The position numbers and the translations under genes are program-made. Source: Chiloscyllium plagiosum (taxonomy: Eukaryota). From it: a stretch of DNA of 28,896 bases. Positions 1 through 11,084 of this stretch are shown here, piece after piece (position 1 is the stretch's first letter; each line of letters starts with the position of its first letter). The stretch is from assembly GCF_004010195.1 (NCBI RefSeq), contig NC_057720.1, forward strand, positions 36,244,069-36,272,964. The letters are read 5' to 3'. Under the pieces are notes generated by a model that was not told the origin of the DNA, searched no databases, and worked only from the letters and a program-made list of their open reading frames with translations.

Positions 1-1878
1 TTTTTCATTCTGGGGATGTTAATCCTGTGGAAATTATTATGACACTCATCCCTGAAACCAAACAAATCATATGAGCTGCATTTCATGATCAGCAGCTTCT
101 TTTTAATGTTGCAATGTCATGAGTTAGAAATGATTCAATAATGAACGAGAAAGCATGTAAATATCTATCTTGTATTTATTTTTGCTGATGTGTATGTAAA
201 CACTCAATACAGGTGTACTTCTATAGTCAGATGATTTGATACCATAGGAAGAGAAATATTCTTCCCAGTTACAGGGATAACATACAATTAAACTTACTAT
301 CATAGATGGACAACTTCTTTGTTGTACTGTAAACTTTCAACGGCACTTAATTTTGAAAAGTCTGTTACTGCAACTGCAGTCAACTCTTTTCAGAAAGGTG
401 GGTGTCAAAGAGAGAGATTTTGAATTTGAAGTCAAAAGTTGTGCACTCTGCATTGTGCTTACAGTCTGCTCACAATGAGCTAATGTCTGTTTGATTATAC
501 AGTAATATCAGAGCAATAAGCTGAGCATGCTTTTTTTTAATACATAGCTGTCAAAGAACACCGACTGAATTCCACATTTTGAGTCTGCAAGAGATAAAGA
601 CTGAGTTTAGGTTCACACAGCAAACTGGTACCAAAAACATGGTTTAAAATTTTCTGTGCAGTCTCTATGGTATGATAATAATTTTCTTTCTCTCCATTAC
701 ACTTACAAAACCATCTTCAAGGCGAAAGGATGAATATATACCATGCTACCAGTTCTGAGCTGGCACACATAACTAACTTGTAGTGACTCCCTGATTTTTC
801 CTTTGCATCTCCTTTGAAATGTATCTGCTCTCAAAATGCATCTCCCCTGACAGCACAGATGAAATTGGGAATTCACTTAGTGAGAAAGTGAGAATGCAAA
901 TCAAAATCTTTACCATTCTATGGCACAGGTCTTTGCAGCTCCAATGCACTACAACATTAAACAGTAACTTATCAGATTCACCAGGGCAATTTTAGGAACA
1001 CCAATTTAAGGTAAAAACCAATGTTTATATTATATGAGAAGAGAGTCATGATTGGTTCACAGCTGGACTCTGATTAGTAGGTGTGTTGCTGTGGAGAATG
1101 AACCAATCAATGACAATTGCTTGGCTTTGTTTACATTTTCAACCAGGCAAGTTGATTCTGATTGATCAATGCATTTTCCCTGTGAAACCAGCAAACAACT
1201 TCCTTTTGTTGAGTTGGTACAGGTGCAGTGAGTGTACAATTCCTTTCTACCTGCAAAGCACAGGTCCCTGTGTGATAATATATGTAGCTTCCAGTACATA
1301 TAAGTTCGTCACACTCCAAGGCTGACTGACGATTCTAAATTGGGCATTAGCATAATTTTTTGAACACAGAACTGTTTCAACAACTGTTTTCCAATTGTGG
1401 AATCACATCTAATGTTGGACATTGTGTTGTGAGTTTGTTTTGCAATATGGAGTAGTTGGATATAGTCAGTACCTTACTTTTTGTGAACAGCCAATACAAT
1501 ATGCTATTTGATCCGATCCTCCAGTTTTTTGGGATATACGGCCTAGATACCTGGGATCACATGGACAGTGTGATTCATACATACATTACTCATTTGTGTG
1601 AAGGCAGAATGTCTTTTTGGCTTGATGGCAACATTCTGTTAGTGGCACACACCATTTGTACACATAGTGGTAGCATGAAACAACTAGCTTTCCTTGTTGC
1701 TCAAAATGTTTGAAATGCCTTACCGTTCTAGGTAATCTGAGGCAGCCTGGGTACTTTGCAGGAGCAAAAGTAACAGACTTAGGACCAAACAGGAGTTTGC
1801 ACAAAATTGAGCGAAAAATGATCTGATTACAGTTATCAGTATCCTTCAGATTGGCTTTGACATACCCTATTTCAACAT

Positions 1879-3306
1879 GAACACCATTTTTTTTAAGGTA
1901 AGCTTGGTGCTGCTCTGGCATGCCTTCCTGCATGCTCCACTGAACCAGGTTTGATCCCCTGACTTGAAGGTAATGACTGAGTAGGGGGTATGCTGGGCCG
2001 TAAGGTTGCAGATTGTTTTGATGGCCCACAGCATGTCACGGATGCCTTGTCTTGATGGATAGATCTGACCGATATCTGTTCAATTATGATTAGATTAGAT
2101 TACTTACAGTGTGGAAACTTTGGCCCAACAAGTCCACACCAACCCGCCGAAGCGCAACCCACCCAGACCCATTCCCCTACATTTACCCCTTCACCTACCA
2201 CTACGGGCAATTTAGTTATGGCCAATTCACCTAACCTGCACATTTTTGGATTGTGGGAGGAAACCGGAGCACTCAGAGGAAACCCACACAGACACAGAGA
2301 GAATGTGCAAACTCCACACAGAGAGTCACCTGAGGCAGGAATTGAACCTGGGTCTCTGGCGCTGTGAGGCAGCAGTGCTAACCACTGTGCCGCCCACAAT
2401 TTAGCACAGTGATAATGCCACACAACACAGTGAAGGGTATTCTCAGTGTGAGGAGCGAGTTCATCTCCACAGGGACTGTGCGATGGTCGCTGTTATTAAT
2501 ACTGTCATGAACAGATGTATCTACTGCAGGCAAATTGGTGAGGATGAGGTCAAGTTTGTTTTTCCCTTTCGTTGGTTCCCTCACCACCTGCTGCAGATCC
2601 AGTCTAGCAGCTATGTGCTTGATCAGTAGTGCTGCTGCCAAGCCACTCTTGTTGATGGATATTGAAGTCCCCCACCCAGAGTACATTTTGCATCTTGTCA
2701 CTCTAAGTGCTTCCTTCAAGTGTTGTCCAACATGCAAGAGTACTGATTCATCAGCTGAGGAGGACAGCATGTAATAATCAGCAAGAGGTTTCCTTGCTCA
2801 TTTTTAACCTGATACCATGAGACTTCATGGGACCCGAAGTCAAACATGAGGACTTCCAGGGCACCTCGCAAATGTGTATTACTGGGCTGTCCTTGTCACT
2901 GGGACAGGACATATCCAGGGATGGTGATAGTGGTGTCTGGCAAATTGTCTGTAACATATGATTCTGTAGGATAAGATAAGCCCGTTACTTGACTAGTCTG
3001 TGAGACACTTTTGTCAGTTGTCTCCAGATGTTAGTAGGGAGGAATTTGCAAGATTGTCAGGGCTGGGTTTGCCATGTTTCCAGTGCCAGGGTCAATACCA
3101 GGTAGTCCATTTGGTTTCATTTCTTTGGTGAGACTGCATAGCGATTGATACAACTGAGTGGTTTACTAGGCCATTTCAGAGGGCAGTTGAGAATCAACTA
3201 CCTTGTTGTGGCTCTGGAGTCACATGCAGACCAAGTGAGGATGGCCGATTTCTTTCCCTGTGAACCAGATGGGTTTTTCTGATAATCAGCCATGGTTTCA
3301 TGGTGA
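1879..3306 (-). mobile_element. CR1-clade (Zenon/jockey-like) LINE, 5' half: partial 5'UTR, APE endonuclease and linker; degenerate, interrupted by a SINE
   Basis: Minus-strand frames give SADESVLLHVGQHLKEAL, LQQVVREPTKGKNKLDLILTN and HDSINNSDHRTV (APE endonuclease LD and SDH motifs; ORF 2378..2770). They continue past the SINE to PEQHQAYLKK (ORF 1586..2029). Frameshifts present. Confidence 0.85.
2088..2397 (-). mobile_element. HE1-type tRNA-derived V-SINE
   Basis: Reverse complement has a tRNA-like head (GGCACAGTGGTTAGC ... B-box GGTTCAATTCC), a V-domain (GTGGGTTTCCTCTGAGTGCTCCGGTTTCCTCCCAC) and a (TCTAA)n tail. Possible CAATT TSD at 2081-2085 and 2397-2401. Near-identical to 9379-9713. Confidence 0.9.
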
Positions 3307-3583
3307 GTCTATCTCACAAATGCCAAATATTTTAAGTAGCAAGTGATAGAGCTAAGCCATCCAACAACCAATGGATCAGATCCAAGCTGTGAAGTCCTAC
3401 CACGTCCAGTCTTGAATAGTAGTAGACAATTAAACAATTCACTCGAGCCGGAGGCTCCACAAATATCCCCATCCTTAATGATGGATCAACCCAGCACATC
3501 AGCAAAAGAAAAGGCTGAAGTATTCACAACAATCATCAGCCAGAAGTGCTAAATGGATGATCCATCTTGGCTTCCACCAGTGG

Positions 3584-3719
3584 CTTCCTCATTCCTGAAG
3601 AAGGGCTCATGCCTGAAACGTCGATTCTCCTGCTCCTTGGATGCTGCCTGACCTGCTGCGCTTTTCCAGCAACACATTTTCAGCTCTGATCTCCAGCATC
3701 TGCAGTCCTCACTTTTTCC
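3584..3719 (+). mobile_element. Penelope-like element 3' terminus (young family A), 5'-truncated, inserted in the LINE
   Basis: Near-identical to copies at 22878, 28291 and 28745. Flanked by CCAGTGG at 3577-3583 and 3721-3727 (TTCC[A/T]CCAGTGG with one mismatch). The host LINE reads continuously across it. PLE assignment rests on the ribozyme motif, the tail architecture and a related terminus next to GIY-YIG sequence at 15.3-15.6 kb. Confidence 0.8.
3591..3626 (+). ncRNA. Minimal type-I hammerhead ribozyme motif
   Basis: ATTC-CTGAAGA(3595-3601)-A-GGGC-TCAT-GCCT-GAAA(3615-3618)-C-GTC-GATT. Core CUGAnGA and GAAA, 4-bp stem II, palindromic ACGU in place of stem III, predicted cleavage after C3622. 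Stem I is weak (3 of 4 pairs). Confidence 0.7.
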
Positions 3720-4590
3720 TCCAGTGGTCCCCAGCATCACAGATGACAGTTTTCAATCAATTTAATTTACTCAATGTGATATCAAGAAATTGTTGGAAGC
3801 ACTAAATACTGCAAAGGCTGTTGGTCCTGACAATATTCGCCAATAGTACTGAACACTTGTGCTCCATTACTTGCCGCTCCCCTAGCCAAGCTGTTCGTGT
3901 ACAGCTACAACACTGACATCTACACGACAACATGGAAAACTGCTCAGGTATGTCCTGTACACAAAAAGCAGGGCAAATCTAACCCAGCCAGTTACCACCA
4001 TATCAGTCTACTCTTGATCATCAATAAAGTGATGGAAGGTGTTATCAACAGTGCTACCAAGCAGAACCTGCTCAGCAACAGCCTGTTCAGTGACGCCCAG
4101 TTTGGATTTTGCCAGGGCCACTCAGCTCCTGACCTCATTACAAATTTGGTTCAAACATGGACAAAAGAGCTGATTTGCAGAGGTGAGGTGAGAGTGACAG
4201 CTCGTAACTTCAAGGGCACACTCAATCAAATGTGACATCAAGGAGTCCTAGCAAAACTGGAATCAGTGGGAATCATGCAAAAACTCTCTACTGGTTGCAG
4301 TTATACCAGGCACATAGGAAGATGATTATCATTGTTGAAGATCAGTCGTTCCAGCTCCAGGATATCTCTGCAGGAGTTACTCAGGTTGGTATCCTAGGCC
4401 CAATCATCTTTAGCTGCTTCACCAATGACTGTCCTCCCATCATAAGGTCAGAAGTGGGGCTATTCACTAATGATTGCACAATGTTCAGCACCATTCACAA
4501 CTCCTCAGATACTGAAACAGCCCGTGTTCAAATGCAATAACATCTGGACAATATCCAGACTTGGGCTGACGATTGGCAAGTTATATTCAT

Positions 4591-4627
4591 GGATTAGAGT
4601 GGTGCTGGAAAAGCACAGCAGTTCAGG
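4591..4627 (-). mobile_element. 37-bp fragment of a related PLE terminus inside the LINE
   Basis: GGATTAGAGTGGTGCTGGAAAAGCACAGCAGTTCAGG resembles GTTGCTGGAAAAGCGCAGCAGGTCAGG of family A. It interrupts the LINE frame just after WADDWQVIF. No TSD seen. Confidence 0.65.
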
Positions 4628-4887
4628 CCATACCAGTGCCAGACAATGACCATCTCCAATAAGAGACAATCTAACCACCGCCCCTTGACATTCAGTGGTG
4701 TTAGCATTACTGAATCCCCCACTATTGACATCCTGTGGATTATCATTATCAAGAAACTCAACTTGACTCGCAATATAAATACAGGATCAGTTCAGAGGTG
4801 AGGAATACTGCAACAAACAACTCACCTCCTAACTCCCCAAAACATTTCCAGCATCTAGAGGAAGACAGAGTTATGCTTTAGAAGAAG

Positions 4888-4990
4888 AATATTCAGGAAG
4901 AGTCACATTGGACTTGCAACTTTAACTCTGTTTTTCTCTCCACAGATGCTGCCAGACCTGTTACGTTTCTCCAGTAATTTCTATTATTAT
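4888..4990 (+). mobile_element. Older PLE terminus (family B) with decayed hammerhead motif
   Basis: GAAGAGTC-ACATTG-GACTTGCAACTTTAACT (stem II AGTC/GACT retained) followed by CAGATGCTGCCAGACCTG...TTTCTCCAG, homologous to GATGCTGCCTGACCTG...TTTTCCAG of family A. Confidence 0.6.
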
Positions 4991-5714
4991 GTCCATTTTA
5001 TCAGGGTATTTAAGGCAGTAAATAGTACCTGAGTTAAACTCCTTGTCTTTGCCATTTAATCAAAACATTTGTTGTCTTGCTTTTCCAACAAACACAGGTT
5101 GCCAATGAACAATTAAATGATAACCAATCTGATTGTAACCTGTTTTGCTCAGATATGCCTGCAGGATACGAATCTGGCTACATATTACACAATTCTATTG
5201 GTGTTTCTTCGAAGGTTAGTGCCATTACCCACTTTAGAAAGCAATTCACAATTTCTTTAAACTAACTAGGCATCACCTTCAAACCACTTTGCGTGCATTT
5301 TATAGTTTGAATTGCAATTGAAGAGATTTTTATAACATAGGCTTTATTTGTGTTGAGGATTCCTTAGTACACTAAACACTCTTTTTATGTTTGTAAATTT
5401 ATGAAAACCTGGGGCAAATTCTAGCCAAGCTATAATTGTATTATTAAATCAATGAAAACAGATTAAATTGAAAAATCAAAACAAGGCTATCATTGCCTTA
5501 TTAATGTTAGTTTATATAATGGCATTTATAATTTGTATTTATTTTGTTAGATTAGCTTGGCGAAATGCGTTGTAGCCACTATTCTGATATTTCCAGTATT
5601 TCTTAGCAATTTTCTAAGTTTCCAAATTCAAGTTTATGCAATGAGTGCTTGAACAGCAACCAACTACAATTGTTTTGTAAGTGGCAATCCCTCATTATTT
5701 GGGTATGGAGGAGA

Positions 5715-6400
5715 TTGTGGGAAAATGTGAACTTGCTAAGTTTAACAGGATGAAATGAAAAAGCATCACCGTATTTAACTGAAGAGAGGATATGGAAATC
5801 TGAGGTACAGAGTAATGCACTGGTACGTGAAGCACAAAACTTTAGCATGTAGGTACAGTAAGTGATTCGAAAAGCAAAAAGAATGTTGTTTATCGCAAGG
5901 GGAATGAAAATTAAAAGCAGGGACCTTTTGCTGCGGTTGAATATTGCATTGGAGAGACATCGAGAGTGCTTTATAAAGTATTCATCACCTTGTGCAGGCA
6001 AGAGGAGAATTGACAATTGGAAGTGGTGCAGAGAAGGTTCACTCCTAGGATGACACAATTATCTTGTGAAGAAAGGTTAGACATGTTGAGTCCGCATACT
6101 TTAGAGTTTAGAAGAATGAAACAGACTTGACAAGGACAGATGCTGAAAGGATGTTTCTCCATGGCGGTGCGACTAGATTGAAGGTTCACACAGTTTAAAA
6201 ATAAGATGTCTCCCATTTAAGTTGGAGAGTCATGAATCTGTGGAACTCACTTCCAGGGAACTGGATCATTAACTATTTTTAAGGCAGGGATAGACAGATT
6301 ATTGATAAACAAGGGATCAGAGGGTATTTGTGGTGTGCAAAAAAGTGGAAGTAGCCTCAATCAGATAAGCCTTCACATGCGCCTGCTCCTAATTTATCTG
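5715..6400 (+). mobile_element. Old CR1 LINE 3' portion
   Basis: Decayed CR1 C-terminal frames (GKCE..., VIRKAKRMLFIARGMKIKSRDLLLRL in ORF 5862..6053, LWNSLP at about 6238) ending in a CCTGCTCCTAATT-type tail. Confidence 0.75.
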
Positions 6401-6424
6401 TCCACTACACTGATTAGCTCTATT

Positions 6425-6860
6425 CTCCAAGTCAAGGGTGGAACTAAATGGTCACTACTCATCTGAATTCAACATACTGAAGAAGCCCAAAACCATCCAG
6501 GACAAAACAATCTTTTGTTTGGTGGCCCTACACTAAACTCAGTATCTACCCTCATCTCTCCAAGATGGTTACAGTATTTCACCCTCTGCAAAATGCATTA
6601 CAGCAACTCACTAAGCTTACTATGACAGTTTCTCATGATCTGTACCACTCAGAAGGACAAAAGTCATAGCAGAACCATCACTATTAAGTTTCCCCCCCAA
6701 GTCTGTCACAACACTGATTTGGACAGATAACTCCATATATTTGTTGACAGATAACTCCATACACTTATTGATGTTGGGTCAAGATATTGGATTTTCCAAT
6801 TGAACACTGCCTTGTAGGTGCAATCAGCTCATGGTTGGGAATAGTGGAAGAAAGTGCATT
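6425..6860 (+). mobile_element. Highly diverged 3' end of the same CR1-clade family as 3320-4861
   Basis: LKKPKTIQDK-like frame (ctgaagaagcccaaaaccatccaggacaaa), aaaatgcattacagcaactcac and gggtcaagatattgg match my recall of this family's 3' end. Contains a 24-bp-period duplication of GACAGATAACTCCATA (6722-6737, 6746-6761). Confidence 0.55.
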
Positions 6861-7588
6861 CTGCGCTTAACCATACACCATGAACCTGGATGTTCTTCAT
6901 GCCAGTGATAGGTGACAGAAATTCAAATTTCTTCAGTTTCACAGCAATTAGCTTCCGTCATGTATTTACCAGAAAAAAAAAATCTGAAGCCAGATTATGC
7001 CTTTGGATTCCTGAAGTTTTAAGTTTGTTACAGACTAAATGCTATAAAATGCTATGGTTAGTTTCTTGATGTTGAACAGAAAACATAGGTGTTAATAACT
7101 GGAACTATTAATGAAATTAGACTGGTTTTTGCAACATCGTAATTAACAGGAATGATCTTTTAACGAAGGTTTTCATTGAAATGCGTTGATACTGCAACAA
7201 ATCCCTACTATTGGATGTTAAACATTAAATGTGGACTGACTGTCCTTTTATCTCCCTAACCCTATCCCACCCCACTCAAACCCTATTTCCCGCTTCCTTT
7301 ATCTGGTTTACTGGTTTTGACAATTGCGGGCATGTTTTAATCAGGAAATTTAATTTAGCGCTAGCTCATTAAGTTGGGACGACCAATATCAAATTGCTTT
7401 AAGATGACATTTTGTCCTGATGAGGAAAGGAGAGAAAAGCAGCTTAGAGTGTTACATCGATGTTTTTATTGGAGTTCATAAAATAATTGGAAGAAATCAT
7501 AAATGCTTTGGAAATTTTGAAGTACAAATTTAATTGAGCTGTTAATGTATGGAGAAGACTATATTTATGAATATACAGCTAAACCCAT

Positions 7589-9297
7589 TCATAGAGTCAT
7601 AGAGATGTACAGCAGGGAAAAAGACCCTTCAGTCCAATACGTCCATGCCGACCAGATATCCCAACCCAATCTAGTCCCACGTGCCAGCACCCGGCCCATA
7701 TCCCTCCAAACCCTTCCTATTCATACACCCATTCAAATGCCTCTTAAATGTTGCAATTGTACCAGCCTCCACCACTTCCTCGAGCAGCTCATTCCATACA
7801 CGTACCGCCCTCTGCGTGAAAAAGTTGCCCCTTAGGTCTCTTCTTTATCTTTCCCCTCTCACCCAAAACTTATGTCCTCTAGTTCTGGACTCCCCCCACC
7901 CCAGGGAAAAGACTTTGTCTATTTATCCTATCCATGCCCCTCATAATTTTATAAACCTCTATAAGGTCACTCTCAGCCTCCGACACTCCAGGGAAAACAG
8001 CCCCAGCCTATTCAGCCTCTCACTATAGCTCAAATCCTCCAACCCTGGCAACATCTTTGTAAATCTTTTCTGAACCCTTTCAAGTTTCACAACATCTTTC
8101 CGATAGGAAGGAGACCAGAATTGCATGCAATATTCCAACAGTGGCCTAACCAATGTCCTGTACAGCCGCAACATGACCTCCCAACTCCTATACTCAATAC
8201 TCTGACCAATAAAGGAAAGCATACCAAACGCCTTCTTCACTATCCTATCTACCTGCGACTCCACTTTGAAGGAGCTATGAACCTGTACTGCAAGGTCTCT
8301 TTGTTCAGCAACACTTCCTATGACCTTACCCTTAAATCCTGCTAAGATTTGCTTTCCCAAAATGCAGCACCTCGCATTTATCTGAATTAAACTCCATTCC
8401 ACTTCTCAGCCCATTGGTCCATTTGGTCAAGATCCTGTTGTAATCTGAGGTAACCCTCTTCGCTGTCCATACACCACCAATTTTGATGTCATCTGCAAAC
8501 TTACTAATTGTACCTCTTATGCTCGCATCCAAGTCATTTATGTAAATGACAAAAAGTAGAGGACCCAGCACCGATCCTTGTGGCACTCCATTGGTCACAA
8601 GCCTCCAGTCTGAAAAACAACCCTCCACCACCACCCTCTATCTTCTACCTTTGAGCCAGTTCTGTATCCAAATGGCTAGTTCTCCCTGTATTCCTTGAGA
8701 TCTAACCTTGCCAAACAGTCTTCCATGGGGAACCTTGTCGAACACCTTACTGAAGTCCATATAGATTACATCTATCGCTCTGCCCTCATCAATGCTCTTT
8801 GTTACTTCCTCAAAAAACTCAATCAAGTTTGTGAGACATGATTTCCCATACACAAAGCAATGTTGACTATCCCTAATCAGTCCTTGGCTTTCCAAATACA
8901 TATACATCCTGTCCCTCAGGATTCCATCCAACAACTTGCCCACCACCAACATCAGGCTCACTGGCCTATAGTTCCCTGCCTTGTCCTTACCACCTTTCTT
9001 AAACAGTGGCACCACGTTAGCCAACCTCCAGTCTTCCGGCATCTCACCTGTGACTATTGATGATACAAATATCTCAGCAAGAGGCCCAGCAATCACTTCT
9101 CTAGCTTCCCACAGAGTTCTAGGGTATACCTGATCTGGGGATTTATCCACTTTTACCTGTTTCAAGATATTCAGCACTTCCTCCTCTGTAATATGGACAT
9201 TTTGCAAGATGTCACCGTCTATTTCCCTACAGTCTATATCTTCCATATCCTTTTCCACAGTAAATACTGATGCAAAATATTCATTTGGTATCTCCCA
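7589..9297 (-). mobile_element. HER1-like CR1 LINE, 5'-truncated, relatively young
   Basis: RT frames 8638..9327 (WRLANVVPLFKKG, NYRPVSL, YMDFSKVFDKVPH), 8332..8634 ([26 protein letters not shown]) and 7959..8402 (RPLLEYC, QFWSP). (CTCTATGA)n tail at the left end. 8-bp TSD CCCATTCA at 7584-7591 and 9294-9301. Confidence 0.95.
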
Positions 9298-9378
9298 TTC
9301 AGTGTGTTCTTTTAAGAAGCAAGTCAAAAGGATAGGTTTACTCTATCACAGAATGGTCAAGAGACCCTGTCTACGTTA

Positions 9379-9713
9379 TTAGATTAGATTAGATTAGATT
9401 GCTTACAGTGTGGAAACAGGCCCTTCGGCCCAACAAGTCCACACCGACCCGCCGAAGCGTATCCACCCAGACCCATTCCCCTACATTTACCGCTGCACCT
9501 AACACTAAGGGCAATTTAGCGTGGCCAATTCACCTAATCTGCACAATTTTTTTTGGACTGTGGGAGGAAACCGGAGCACCCGGAGGAAACCCACGCAGAC
9601 ATGGGGAGAATATGCAAACTCCACACAGTCAGTCGCCTGAGGTGGGAATTGAACCCGGGTCTCTGGCGCTGTGAGGCAGCAGTGCTAACCACTGTGCCAC
9701 CGTGCCGCCCACC
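9379..9713 (-). mobile_element. HE1-type tRNA-derived V-SINE
   Basis: Head GGGCGGCACGGTGGCACAGTGGTTAGC (A box), B box GGTTCAATTCC, V-domain GTGGGTTTCCTCCGGGTGCTCCGGTTTCCTCCCACAG, CR1-like 3' end and (TCTAA)4 tail. Possible GTTAT TSD at 9375-9379 and 9715-9719. Confidence 0.92.
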
Positions 9714-9714
9714 A

Positions 9715-10218
9715 GTTATCAGTGCTGACTGAATGAATGAGCAATTTACCTGTACTCTGGCTTTCTCCCAGTAACCCCGTACATTATTTCTTTTCAGGTA
9801 ATAATCCAATTCCATCTTAACTGCCTCAATTGAACCTGCTGCCACTCTCAGGCAGTGTATTCCAGATCCCATTGGTGCGCTACATGAAAAGGCTTTTGCT
9901 CATGTCTGCATTGCTTCTTTTGATAATTCCCTTATATCTTTGCCCTCTTGTTCTGAATCCTTCTGCCAAAAAGTACAGCTTTTTCCTAAACTCTGTACAG
10001 ACCCCTCATGATTTTATATAGTTCTAAAGTTATATAATTTGAATCTCTACTCAACCTTTTCTTCCCCGAGTTAATCAGTCCTACGTTCACCAATCTAACT
10101 ATGTTCTGAGTTCCTCATGCCTGGACCCATGCACATTAACTCTCTCCCATGCCTTAAATTCTTCCTTAAAGTGTGCATACAATATTACAGTTGAGGCCAA
10201 ACCAGTGTGATATACAAA
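9715..10218 (-). mobile_element. Old CR1 LINE 3' portion (continues at 11085-12095)
   Basis: Minus frames resemble the CR1 C-terminus (IWNTLPES...GSIEAVKMELDYYLKRNNVRGYWEKA, partly ORF 9534..9872; YKIMRG-like at about 10005-10020; YITLVWPQL at about 10190-10215). Confidence 0.75.
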
Positions 10219-11060
10219 CGGTAAAATCCCTATAAGTTGGATCCCCGTGAATCTGTCACTGATTTGTGTTTAGAGCACCCTGCATAATGTGATTTGCCTA
10301 CAAGTACAGTCAATTGTTAAAAAGAAGCAAAAAGAAAATACAGCAAAGTATTAATTATGTTCGAGCCTAATCATTTTAGAGTCAATCATTTCTTACTGCT
10401 GCCTTAACTGCTGCATCCTCAACGATTTCCACATGGAAGATGATGCCATGCCTTTATCTTGATTTTATCCAGCTATCCATCCCGGCGCATGAAATGCTTA
10501 TGGCCCAGCCTTTTTATCAGGATGACTCCCCTTTCCTTCAGGATTGGACTGAGATGGAAATGTTTTCTGCTCGGGCTTAAACCATGTTAGCAATTCTTCT
10601 TCAGTGTCAGAATGGATAATCATTCTCATCCTCTTCCTTGGTAAAGAGAATGCCTGCTTGTCAAACTATTTCAAAATATTTGCTTGTATTTCAGAATGGT
10701 TCACAAACTCAGTGGTGGAATCACCCAGCTCTTTTTATATCCACTTTGTGCTGTGTGCCATGGTGTTCCATTTGTTGCATCAACTTCACTTTCTCCACTA
10801 TCAAAAGCACTTCTAAATTTCTCACATATTTAGCTATACTTCCAGGCCTTGAGCATCCTTTCACAAGGACATCACAAATGGCAGCTTGCTCCAGAGTTCC
10901 ATCGTCTCATTCTCCTGCATGGCTTGACTCCACTTTGACTAGTTGCCATAGTTATATGATAATCCGACACAAATTCAGCTTATCTGGAGTTGGCGGTGCA
11001 GAATTTTGGCGTTATCATCGATATATCATTATATTGGATTTGCTATTCTGGTGGAAAGGG
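10219..11060 (-). mobile_element. pogo/Tigger DNA transposon remnant (CENP-B-type HTH DNA-binding region, TIGD4-like)
   Basis: Manual minus-strand translation of about 10830-10400 with frameshifts: VEKVKLMQQME...L*TILK...FDKQAFSLPRKRMRMIIHSDTEEELLTWFK...PILKERGVILIKRLGHKHF...G*LDKIKI-RHGIIF. This matches the psq-HTH plus CENP-B HTH consensus (RKRLR..Y.DLEEAL..W, GP.L..KA..LG..F..S.GWLDRFK.R.GI). It splits the flanking CR1. TIRs are too decayed to fix the ends. Confidence 0.75.
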
Positions 11061-11084
11061 CTGATGATTGTGTCATCCAAATTT

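Larger units (their letters stand above)
3320..4861 (+). mobile_element. CR1-clade LINE, 3' half: reverse transcriptase, degenerate; same family as 1879-3306
   Basis: ORFs 3897..4235 (WKTAQVCPVHKK, YHHISLL, QFGFCQGHS) and 4232..4540 (AGVTQVGILGPIIFSCFTND, FTNDCT = decayed PQGSVLGP and FADD). Multiple stops and frameshifts; no 3' tail after about 4861. Confidence 0.9.

Noticed and set aside
6425..6860. Missing 3' end of the inverted LINE at 1879-4861
   Set aside because: It appears to start near where 4861 stops, but it looks clearly more diverged and is separated by older repeats. It is more likely an independent older copy; an alignment to the consensus would settle this.
9645..9713. tRNA gene (also 2335-2397)
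   Set aside because: The A and B boxes belong to SINE heads that run directly into the V-domain. There is no complete cloverleaf.
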